Shown here one piece after another: positions 18,131 through 26,889 of a DNA stretch of 64,000 nt. This stretch comes from Longimicrobiales bacterium (GTDB lineage: Bacteria > Gemmatimonadota > Gemmatimonadetes > Longimicrobiales > Gaopeijiaceae), in the NCBI GenBank assembly GCA_965202985.1, contig CBDBCF010000001.1, positions 1,280,001 through 1,344,000 on the forward strand, given 5' to 3'. The notes beneath the pieces were generated by a model. It saw only the letters and a program-made list of their open reading frames with translations, was not told the DNA's origin and did not search any database. The position numbers and the translations under genes are program-made. How positions within the stretch are numbered: position 1 is the first letter of the stretch; the number at the start of each line of letters is the position of its first letter.

Positions 18131-18909
18131 ATGACCTTCGATATTGTCGCGCTAGAAAAGCTACTCTGCGAGCGTCTATGTCACGAAGTCAAGGTTATCG
18201 AACGCTTGACGGTGCTCTGATGATCCGTACACATTTTCGGTTCCCAGACGGCGATAACTTCCCCATTCATCTTGCGGCTTCGTCTTCCGGTGGATTGACG
18301 TTGTCCGACCGAGGACATACAATGATGCACATGAGTTACGAGCACGATGTTGATTCTTTTTTGGAAGGTACTCGCGGCATGCTACTGGAGCGAATAATGA
18401 CAGAATCAGGTTTGCAATGGGATGGTGGTGCCCTAAGTCTTGATACATCTCCTGAGCAATTGTCCGAAGCCGTCTTTGTGTTTGGTCAGACGCTGACGAG
18501 GATTTACGACCTTACTATGCTGTCGCGGTCGAACGTCGGGTCCACTTTCTACGACGATCTGGCAGATGTTCTGAGCGATCTAGTTGATGAATCGAAGCTT
18601 CAGAAAGATTATGAACCATCAGTGCCAAACTCGGCTGCATATCCGGTGGATTATCTGATCAACGGTAGGAACGACAACCGAATCTTCCTATATGGCGTGC
18701 CCAATCGAGACAAGGCACGACTGACGACGATTATGTTATCGCATTTTCATCGAAACAATCTCACCTTCGATTCCATCATCGTCTTTGAGAACCAAATCGA
18801 GATTCCCAGACTTGATCTCGCCCGACTGACGGATGTTGCAGGAGACATGATCTCGTCTCTTGCGGCAAAAGACGACCTGATGCGGAAGCTCCGGCGGCGA
18901 GTAGCCTGA
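18131..18909 (+). pseudogene. Frameshifted or split DUF1828-like protein
   Basis: ATG 18131 MTFDIVALEKLLCERLCHEVKVIER joins the -1 frame DGALMIRTHFRFPDGD...LSDRGHT at ~18206; span is 779 nt (1 short); TGATG at 18218-18222 would allow coupled restart. Confidence 0.65.
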
Positions 18910-18911
18910 TA

Positions 18912-21872
18912 ATGAGCGAACGACGCCGTCCGCCGAAGCAGGTCGAGACCCTCACCCACGACGAGGCGTCCCGCAAGAACATCCCGACAGCCGAGCACCA
19001 GCCCGTCATGTCCGAAGGCGACCGTACGGCCATCCAAGTCGCCTACGAGCGTCGCAACCCCGACCTCGACCCCCAGCTGGTGTGGCGCGGCAAGGACATG
19101 CAGGACTGGTCCGACTTGGTCGTGCCCGCCCCGCCGCTGTTCATCCAGGAAAAGGTTCATCCGAAGGTCCTGATCGACGACCTTCTTCGGCAGAGCCGGG
19201 CATCGGAGGGTGCGGACGACCAGTTGCCAGACCTTTTCGCCGACTTCAACGGCCTGCCCGAGGACGACGCCAAGACCGAGTTCTACGAGCACGACGCCAA
19301 CTGGTCCAACCGGATGATCCTGGGCGACAGCCTCCAGGTGATGGCTTCCGTTGCCGAGCGCGAAGGCCTTCGCGGCAAGGTCCAGTGCATCTACATCGAT
19401 CCTCCCTACGGCATCAAGTTCAACTCGAACTTCATGTGGTCCACCACCAGCCGAGATGTTCGCGACGGCAAGCCAGAGCATATCACCCGAGAACCGGAAC
19501 AGGTGAAGGCGTTTCGGGATACTTGGCGAGACGGCATTCATTCGTATCTGACGTACTTGCGGGACCGACTGACTGTGGCTCGCGACCTGTTGACCGACAG
19601 CGGTTCGATCTTCGTGCAGATAGGAGATGAGAACGTCCACCGGGTGAGGGCGTTGATGGACGAAGTATTTGGGAAAGAAAACTACATAGTAACCATAAAA
19701 TTCTCCAAGACATCGACCTTGGGTGGCAATTTTATTGATGAAACTGTCGACTATATTGTATGGTACGGACGAAGCAAGGCGCATCTGAAATTTCGTCGTC
19801 CGTATCTCCAACGCGTTGTAGGCGGTGCCGGAGCGACGCAATACAAGTACGTCATGCACCACGGCGTCGTCAAGACACTGAAGACACCATCTCGCGACGG
19901 GCGCGGGCAGGAACGATTGTTTTCTCACGACAACCTCACTTCTCAGACAGGCAATCAGACGACAGTTTTTGGTTTTGGTTTGCTAGGACACAGGATTCCT
20001 ACTCCCAGAAAAGGCGGATGGAAAACGAACAGACAGGGTATGCAACGATTGATCAGGGCTGATCGAATCGTACGGTTCGGCAATACACCACGTTACGTAA
20101 GGTATTTTGACGATGCACCCTATTGGCCGCTTGGATCTGCCTGGCATGATACGAACATCAGCGGGTTCGGTGATGACAAGGTATACGTAGTGCAGACTCT
20201 GCGGAGAGTCGTCGAGCGTTGTCTCCTCCTAACCACCGACCCCGGCGACCTCGTCCTCGACCCCACCTGCGGCTCTGGCACCACTGCCTACGTCGCCGAG
20301 CAATGGGGCCGTCGCTGGATCACCATCGATACCTCTCGGGTCGCCCTTGCCTTGGCTCGGGCCCGCGTGATGGGGGCTCGCTATCCGTACTACCTACTCG
20401 CGGATTCGAGCGAAGGGCTGGCGAAGGAAGCACAGCTGGCCAGTACAACGCCCGACGACACCAAGGCGACCCACGGCGACATCCGCCAGGGCTTCGTGTA
20501 CGAGCGCGTGCCGCACATCACGCTCAAGTCGATCGCGAACAACGCCGAGATCGACGAGATATGGGAGGAGCATCGGCCCGCGTTGGATCGACTTCGAGCG
20601 AGAATCAACGAGGCACGCGACGAGGAGTGGGAGGAATGGCAGGTCCCACGCTACCCGGAAGAGCCTTGGGAGGATCAGGCATCGATACTCTTCGCGCGTC
20701 TCGAGAAGGAGTCACGCAAGACGAAGCCCAACACCTCCACTGTTCGCCGACTTCTCGACGAACTGAACGCGATCCTAGGGCGAAGCTACACGCTGGAATC
20801 GCTACCCGAGCGGCCTGCGGACCCGTGGCCGGAGGAGGATCATCAGGCGCTCCATGCCGAGTGGTGGAAGGGTCGAATCGCCCGGCAGAAGGAGATCGAC
20901 GCATCGATCGCAGCGAAGGCCAACTACGAGTACCTGTACGACAAGCCCTACGAGGACAAGCGCAAGGTTCGAGTGTCCGGCCCGTTCACGGTGGAGAGCC
21001 TGTCCCCGCATCGGGAACTGGGCGTGGACGAGAACGACGACCTTGTGGACCAAGTGGCCGAGCCCAGGCACGGCTACGGTCGCGAGCGGGATTTCGTGTC
21101 GGTCGTGCTCGACCACCTGCGCACGGCCGGCGTTCAGCAGGTCCACAAAGAAGACAAGATCTCGTTTTCTTCGTTGACGGCGTGGCCGGGCGACCTGGTG
21201 TGCGCGGAAGGCCGATTCGTCAAGAACGGGGGACGGGCGGAGCAACGAGCCGCAATCTTCGTCGGTCCGGAGTTCGGTACGGTCACGCGGCCCGACTTGG
21301 CGCGCGCCGCCCGAGAGGCCGCCGAGGCCGGGTTCGACCTGTTGATCGCCTGCGCCTTCAACTTCGGCCCCCACGCGACCGATTTCAACAAGCTGGGCCG
21401 CATTCGCGTGTTGAAGCCACGGATCAACGCCGACCTTCACATGGCCGACAACCTCAAGAACACGGGCAAGGGCAACCTGTTCGTGATCTTTGGGGAGCCC
21501 GACATAGACATCATTCCGGTCGGCGACGACGGGTCCGAAGACGACAGGGTTCAGGTCAAGATTCGAGGCGTGGACGTCTTCCATCCGGGCAGCGGCGAGA
21601 TACGCAGCGACGATGCCGACGGCATCGCCTGTTGGTTCATCGACACGGACTACAACGAAGAGAGCTTCTTCGTTCGTCACGCCTACTTCCTTGGCGCGAG
21701 CGACCCCTACAAGTCCCTCAAGACCAGCCTGAAGGCCGAGATCAACCCCGACGCCTGGGCCACGCTCCGTAGCGACACCTCTCGTCCCTTCCCCCGACCC
21801 AAGACGGGTCGCATCGCGGTCAAGGTGATCAACCACCTGGGCGATGAGGTCATGAAGGTGTTTCGGGCGTGA
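18912..21872 (+). CDS. mod: Type III R-M adenine methyltransferase Mod
   Basis: ILGDSLQVM, YIDPPYGI (motif IV), TRD, LVLDPTCGSGTT (motif I), beta-class order; C-terminal IAVKVINHLGDE. Confidence 0.93.
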   Translation: MSERRRPPKQVETLTHDEASRKNIPTAEHQPVMSEGDRTAIQVAYERRNPDLDPQLVWRGKDMQDWSDLVVPAPPLFIQEKVHPKVLIDDLLRQSRASEGADDQLPDLFADFNGLPEDDAKTEFYEHDANWSNRMILGDSLQVMASVAEREGLRGKVQCIYIDPPYGIKFNSNFMWSTTSRDVRDGKPEHITREPEQVKAFRDTWRDGIHSYLTYLRDRLTVARDLLTDSGSIFVQIGDENVHRVRALMDEVFGKENYIVTIKFSKTSTLGGNFIDETVDYIVWYGRSKAHLKFRRPYLQRVVGGAGATQYKYVMHHGVVKTLKTPSRDGRGQERLFSHDNLTSQTGNQTTVFGFGLLGHRIPTPRKGGWKTNRQGMQRLIRADRIVRFGNTPRYVRYFDDAPYWPLGSAWHDTNISGFGDDKVYVVQTLRRVVERCLLLTTDPGDLVLDPTCGSGTTAYVAEQWGRRWITIDTSRVALALARARVMGARYPYYLLADSSEGLAKEAQLASTTPDDTKATHGDIRQGFVYERVPHITLKSIANNAEIDEIWEEHRPALDRLRARINEARDEEWEEWQVPRYPEEPWEDQASILFARLEKESRKTKPNTSTVRRLLDELNAILGRSYTLESLPERPADPWPEEDHQALHAEWWKGRIARQKEIDASIAAKANYEYLYDKPYEDKRKVRVSGPFTVESLSPHRELGVDENDDLVDQVAEPRHGYGRERDFVSVVLDHLRTAGVQQVHKEDKISFSSLTAWPGDLVCAEGRFVKNGGRAEQRAAIFVGPEFGTVTRPDLARAAREAAEAGFDLLIACAFNFGPHATDFNKLGRIRVLKPRINADLHMADNLKNTGKGNLFVIFGEPDIDIIPVGDDGSEDDRVQVKIRGVDVFHPGSGEIRSDDADGIACWFIDTDYNEESFFVRHAYFLGASDPYKSLKTSLKAEINPDAWATLRSDTSRPFPRPKTGRIAVKVINHLGDEVMKVFRA

Positions 21873-21907
21873 GTGCCGTTCCGCCGCCTTCGCCCACGCG
21901 CACCGGG

Positions 21908-22237
21908 ATGACCCGCAACGACGTCCTCGACTTCCTGCGTGCTCACAAGGCCGAGGTGGCACGCCGGTTCGGTGTCGGGGATATTGCTCTCTTTGGATCG
22001 TTTAGCCGCGACGAGGCCAAGGAGGACATCGACATCGACATCGACATCTTGGTCCGATTCGACCGCCCGGCGACGATCAGGTCGTTCTTCGGCGCCCAGT
22101 TCTATCTGGAGGACAGGCTGGGACGGCGAGTCGACCTGGTTACACACAGGGCCTTGCGGTCGGAGTTCCGACCCTACGTGGAGGCAGAGGCGATCCACGT
22201 GGTCGAGCACATGGACGGGGAAGAGGGCGAACCGTGA
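21908..22237 (+). CDS. Minimal nucleotidyltransferase (MNT/MntA-like)
   Basis: LFGSFSRDEA..DIDILV, LEDRLGRRVDLVT, ALRSEFRPYVEAEAI; alternative GTG at 21869 overlaps the mod stop. Confidence 0.88.
   Translation: MTRNDVLDFLRAHKAEVARRFGVGDIALFGSFSRDEAKEDIDIDIDILVRFDRPATIRSFFGAQFYLEDRLGRRVDLVTHRALRSEFRPYVEAEAIHVVEHMDGEEGEP
22025..22048. repeat. Hexamer tandem repeat (GACATC)4
   Basis: Encodes DIDIDIDI at the MNT catalytic DxD motif. Confidence 0.85.
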
Positions 22238-23565
22238 AGCTGGACGCCTTTCGCCTGGAAGACGTGCGGTGCTTCGCCGGACCGCAGACGGTTCGCATTC
22301 GGCCCCTGACTTTTTTGGTCGGCGAGAACAGCACCGGCAAGTCCACTGTTCTTGGGTGCATGCAGGCAGTGGCGGACTACATGGCCGACACGGACATGGA
22401 GGTGGATCTCAATCGTCATCCTTACGAGATGGGGTCTTTTCGGGAGGTCGTGCGCAGGAGCCGGCCGCTCGTCCAGTCGTTCAAGCTAGGGGTGGAGTGG
22501 CGCGGGGACGACGAAGGAGAGGTTGCAAGCTATACGCTTGAGCTGCATGAGCGTGAAGGAGGAGCACGGGCGACTGTGCGCGAGGCCGTCTGGCGCTTGC
22601 CGGATGTCGAGTTTCGGATGCGCCTAGGTCGCCCTGGGAGACTCTCTCCGAGGAGGTTTACGAGAGCAAAGACCGGCGGCGGCGGATTGTCCGTGGTGTT
22701 CGACGTCCCGCAACCGTGGTTCTACCGGTTCCAGGCACGCCCTTGGAGGTGGTCTTTCATGCTTGATTCTCGGGTGAAAGGTGCTAAGCCCGTGAACAGG
22801 GCAGTTCGGTCTGTTGTCGCCAAGTACGCCAACCAGTTCCGAAGCCTCCAGTTCGGACTGTCGCCAGCAAGGAGCATTGCTCCGGTTCGGTCGAAGCCCG
22901 AGCGAACATACAATCCGTTCTCGGACGTGCCTGATCCCGAGGGCTCGGATGTCCCGGCAGACCTCGCCGGCATTGCGAGAAGGGGAGGCCGCAAGTGGGA
23001 CGATCTGAAGGCCGGGCTCGAGCGCTTTGGTCGCGAGTCTGGGCTGTTTTCCGAGCTTGCCGTAAGGCGGCTCGGAAAATCCGGTAGCGACCCGTTTCAG
23101 TTGCAGGTCAGGGCACGCGGTCCAAAAGCCAACATCAAGGACGTCGGCTACGGCGTCAGTCAGATACTGCCGATCCTGGTTCGCCTTGTGCACCCAACGG
23201 AGAGGGCCGCTACCTTTCTTGTACAGCAGCCAGAGGTGCATCTGCATCCACGAGGCCAGGCCGCACTATCGTCCATAATGATCGGGCTCCTGGATTCCAA
23301 CAGCGAACATCGTCGCGGACTGCCTTTGCGTTTCGTGATCGAAACCCACAGCGACTACATGATCGACCGCGCCAGAATCGCGATTCGACGCAAGGAGATC
23401 TCGTCGGACGACGTATCGCTGGTTTATTTGGAGCCCAAGTCCCGCGGCGGAGTCGTCGTGCACAACATCTGCTTCGACGAAATGGGGAACATGACGGGGG
23501 TTCCGGCCGGCTATCGGGATTTCTTTCTGAAGGAGTCCGACGCTCTGCTCGGCTTTGGGGAGTAG
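22234..23565 (+). CDS. ABC-class conflict ATPase (AAA_21/AAA_15 with DUF3696-like C-terminus)
   Basis: Walker A LVGENSTGKS, signature DVGYGVSQILP, FLVQQPEVHLHPRGQ, IETHSDY H-loop; GTGA overlap with MNT. Confidence 0.85.
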   Translation: MKLDAFRLEDVRCFAGPQTVRIRPLTFLVGENSTGKSTVLGCMQAVADYMADTDMEVDLNRHPYEMGSFREVVRRSRPLVQSFKLGVEWRGDDEGEVASYTLELHEREGGARATVREAVWRLPDVEFRMRLGRPGRLSPRRFTRAKTGGGGLSVVFDVPQPWFYRFQARPWRWSFMLDSRVKGAKPVNRAVRSVVAKYANQFRSLQFGLSPARSIAPVRSKPERTYNPFSDVPDPEGSDVPADLAGIARRGGRKWDDLKAGLERFGRESGLFSELAVRRLGKSGSDPFQLQVRARGPKANIKDVGYGVSQILPILVRLVHPTERAATFLVQQPEVHLHPRGQAALSSIMIGLLDSNSEHRRGLPLRFVIETHSDYMIDRARIAIRRKEISSDDVSLVYLEPKSRGGVVVHNICFDEMGNMTGVPAGYRDFFLKESDALLGFGE

Positions 23566-23569
23566 AGCG

Positions 23570-23992
23570 GTGTGCATCATACTGGACGCCAACCTGTTCA
23601 GCGAGTACTTGCAGAACACGCCGGACATGGCACCCGTGCGGCAATGGCTGGAGGGTAGCAAGCGGAGGAGGGGCAAGCTTGCGTACTCGCCTACGGCCAA
23701 GTTTAGGGCCGAGGTCCGACGGCACCCGTTTCGGGACAAGCTCGTCGAACTTCGTCGTGCTGGATTGCTGAAGGAGATTCCGACGGCCAAGGTTGCCGAG
23801 GAAGAAGACAAGTTGCCCGATCTCAAGTCCGACGACCCTCATGTGGTCGCGTTGGCCGTCGCGGGACGTGTTTCGGTTCTCGTATCCAAGGACCGGGACT
23901 TGCACCAGGACTTCAAGGGAGTAGTAAAGGGAGGCAAGGTCTACCAAACCGCCAAGCATAGGCGTCTCTTGACCCCGGACCTGTGCAAGTGA
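23570..23992 (+). CDS. PIN-domain putative ribonuclease
   Basis: CIILDANL (first acidic), E in KFRAE, SDDPHVVALA, LVSKDRDL; starts 4 nt after the ATPase stop. Confidence 0.75.
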   Translation: MCIILDANLFSEYLQNTPDMAPVRQWLEGSKRRRGKLAYSPTAKFRAEVRRHPFRDKLVELRRAGLLKEIPTAKVAEEEDKLPDLKSDDPHVVALAVAGRVSVLVSKDRDLHQDFKGVVKGGKVYQTAKHRRLLTPDLCK

Positions 23993-24014
23993 CAGCGAAT
24001 GCGAAACAGCGTCG

Positions 24015-24467
24015 TTGGCGACGGCACCGAGAGGCAGCGTAGCCGCGATGCGCGACCCGTTGGCGCCGTTGGCGAAGATTGTACCGTGGGAGGCTTTTCG
24101 TCCGAGACTTGAAACGTATTGGCCGAAACCGGGCCAGCAGTCACGCCGGACGCGCTGGGATGCGGTGTTCATGTTCAAGATTTTGGTTTTCGGCGCACTT
24201 CACGACCTGTCGGATAGGGCAGTTGCCGACTTGGCGACGGACAGCCTGAGCCTCATGCGTTTCTTGGGGCTGCGCCCCGGAGATCCCACCCCAGACGCCA
24301 ACACGATTCGCCTGTATCGGAAGTACCTAACGAAGGCCGGCGTCACGAATCAGATGCTTGCGGAAGTGCGACGTCACCTCCAAGAGCACGGCTATCAAGC
24401 AGAAAAGAACATGTATCGACCGCTGCCTCTTCTGTCTGGCCATCTGAAGCGTCGCGGGCCGCGCTAG
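24015..24467 (+). mobile_element. IS5-family transposase N-terminal (DUF772-like) fragment, no DDE domain
   Basis: DPLAPLAKIVPWEAFRPRL, DAVFMFKILV..LHDLSD, DSLSLMRFLGL, PDANTIRLYR; stops after ~150 aa. Confidence 0.78.
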
Positions 24468-24761
24468 CAACGTGTGGAAAAAGGCGGCGAAACGGCGCGG
24501 GGCGTCAAAACCTCGCCGCCCCAACTCGTCCCAGCCTTCGTCCTTCAGAATCCGACGGTCGAGTTCGTAGTCCCAGTAGACCCGAAGTTCTTGCCCTTGT
24601 GCATCATCGTCGGCGCACGCCAAGTGCACGACTGGCGAGTCTCCGGGGCCGGACGGCTGCTCCACACGCTCCACGAGCCAACGACGGGAGCGGACCTGGA
24701 CCAGATCGCCGGGCTCGGGCGGGTGTTCGGGAAGGACGGTGGGTTCTAGCGGACTCTGCAC
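24468..24761 (-). pseudogene. drmD: Truncated DISARM DrmD-like SNF2 helicase (N-terminal ~98 aa)
   Basis: PEPGDLVQVRSRRWLVE...LACADDDAQGQELRVYWDYELDRRIL..EGW...GFDAPRRFAAFFHTL matches my recollection of DrmD N-termini; ends at the IS5 fragment. Confidence 0.65.
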
Positions 24762-24771
24762 GGTGTTCCCG

Positions 24772-26496
24772 TCAGTCCCCTTGCAACGCCGTGCCAACTA
24801 TATCTTTCACCCGACGGCGAATCAATTCGGATCGTTCATGCATCAAATCATCAACATTCTCGATCAAGAAGCGATTGGGCCAATCAGGTTCGTTAGGGTC
24901 GCCTGGTATCATGCAATCCGCTAGCCGTCGCCTAAGGTCCCCTATCGTTCCACCCGCCCGCGCCTTACTGGCGAGGTTGCCAAAGTAGTCATGAGGATAT
25001 CCTTCCCCGAGCGAACGGTTTGTGCGAGCAAGTACTGGTATGCGGTTACAGATCGAGTTTAATACATCTTTGTCTAGTCCATGCTTCTTGGTCGCATTGT
25101 ATGGATAGATGTGGTGATCGTCGAGATTCGATTCGGAAGTAATCATGTCACCGGTCAGCAAGTCCTGTCGCACCGTCATTGCAAAAATGTTCTGCAACAC
25201 CTTATACCTAACATCCGATGGCTTGAGTCTCTGGATATCATCTACACTCAATTCGGCAACGTCGCGAACTGACGGCGGAACGTCATCACATACGTACATC
25301 TTCAAAGCGCTGAAGAACCGGCCTATCTGGTAGTTGGATGCACGAGTCAAATATCCTTTTTGCAGAATTTGACTAAAGTACCATCTGCGTATGAAATCGT
25401 GATCTGCGAAAACCTCCGCATCTTGACTGTCTGAGTACAAAGCCTTCACAGCAGCGATGGCGACCAAAATTATCGGATTGGGTAGAGTGCCTGGGCCTCC
25501 AGACGAACTGGGACGCGCGCCTTGTGCCCTCGCCCATTCATATGTGCGTGCTAACATCCTTACTGACCGCTCCCAATTCTCTGCTAGTCGATCCCGCGGT
25601 AGTGCCAACAGTCTTCCTCGTGACAGCTCAGCAGGCCGGCCGTCCTGGGTAGCTATCACCAAGAACAAAACCTGCAACACTCTCTTCCCGTTGACTCCGA
25701 ACTGTCGCAATATAGGATAGTCCGCAAGTGTCTGGTCCCACAACTCTCGCAAGTCCGGGGTCGGGAAGAACCTAGCAACTGCTAGATCGAATGTGCTCAG
25801 CCTAGTGCCGGTGGTGTTGATCGTCTCGAACACCCTGCAAATCGCTTCAATGCCTCGGTTTTGCTCAAGTGTTACAACAGGGATTTCATATCTTCTCATG
25901 ATCTCAAAGATACCATTGATATCCGCAACTGCTCCCCATTTGCGGTGGCGATCGTAATCGGCAAAATCGGGCGAATTCTCAATGTATTCAGTGACATACA
26001 CACTGGCCTTCTTCTGGTCAAGCACTATGTCGGCACGCAGTAGTCTGTTGCCCTCAAGTCGATCAGGTCGGGTCTGTCTGCGCCTAGTCCTGATCCATTC
26101 AAGCGACTCCGAACCGAATTCTTCAAGAATGGCCTTCAAGTCAAAATAGTACGCCACCTTCAAGCCTGCATTCATGAATACACGAGCGAGGGACGTGATT
26201 CGTTGCTGTCCGTCAAGAATATAGGAGTCTGCATCTATCCCAGCCGAAGGATCAGCCGCGTCCAAGTCGTCCGCTTCGCGAAGCTCCGCCTCAATTCTGC
26301 GCGACGCGAGCTGTAGTTCTGGATTCTTTTCGAGAAGAAGCAGCGAGCCTACTGGATAGGATCGGGCTATCGAATCCACAAGGCGTCGTACAGCTGCTTC
26401 CTTCCAGATAAACTGCCGCTGGAATCTCGGTATCGTAAGCCGACCAGCCTGCACAGCGTCTAGCAGGCTACTCAGGCTATAGCTCGTAGTTTTCAT
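24772..26496 (-). CDS. DUF262 (ParB-like) + HNH-like DUF1524 protein, GmrSD/type IV restriction-like
   Basis: IPRFQRQFIW, YPVGSLLL, ILDGQQRITSL, VFETINTTGTRLS, C-terminal DDHHIYP...ICNR...TNRS; low GC; GGAGG RBS. Confidence 0.88.
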   Translation of the reverse strand: MKTTSYSLSSLLDAVQAGRLTIPRFQRQFIWKEAAVRRLVDSIARSYPVGSLLLLEKNPELQLASRRIEAELREADDLDAADPSAGIDADSYILDGQQRITSLARVFMNAGLKVAYYFDLKAILEEFGSESLEWIRTRRRQTRPDRLEGNRLLRADIVLDQKKASVYVTEYIENSPDFADYDRHRKWGAVADINGIFEIMRRYEIPVVTLEQNRGIEAICRVFETINTTGTRLSTFDLAVARFFPTPDLRELWDQTLADYPILRQFGVNGKRVLQVLFLVIATQDGRPAELSRGRLLALPRDRLAENWERSVRMLARTYEWARAQGARPSSSGGPGTLPNPIILVAIAAVKALYSDSQDAEVFADHDFIRRWYFSQILQKGYLTRASNYQIGRFFSALKMYVCDDVPPSVRDVAELSVDDIQRLKPSDVRYKVLQNIFAMTVRQDLLTGDMITSESNLDDHHIYPYNATKKHGLDKDVLNSICNRIPVLARTNRSLGEGYPHDYFGNLASKARAGGTIGDLRRRLADCMIPGDPNEPDWPNRFLIENVDDLMHERSELIRRRVKDIVGTALQGD

Positions 26497-26889
26497 GCCC
26501 TACCTCCCAATCCCATCGCCCGCGTGGACTTGCCGGTCACGGGCCGGTCCGCGGCGAGCGTGTCCAGTACGGCGATCTCCGCTGGGTACTCGGCCGGGCA
26601 CAGCGGCCTCGACCCGCCAGGGCCATGGGCACGCCTGGACCGAGTGTCGCCCAGGAGTCGGGCGTGGATGGGGTACTGGCTGTGGGGGCGCGCTATAACG
26701 GTCTCCTTGCGGGAGGAGGCTGATCTGACGGGTACCAAGCAACCTAAGGCGATTGGGCGGATCGGCCAAGAGGCGAGGAGTTGCCACTCGGGGAACGGGG
26801 CCGTTTGGACGAGGTAGTCGGCCAAGACGGCCCCAGTCCAAGTGCGTCGCGACCCGGGGGCTGAACTCGACCACAGTCCGCCGTCGCCA

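Noticed and set aside
21908..22237. Complete MNT-HEPN toxin-antitoxin pair
   Set aside because: No HEPN/DUF86 gene (RxxxxH) adjacent
24015..24467. Active IS5 element
   Set aside because: No DDE domain and no terminal inverted repeats or flanking duplication found
26500..26874. ORFs between the DUF262 gene and the rpn remnant
   Set aside because: Three overlapping short frames with no motifs or convincing RBS; probably intergenic or decayed sequence
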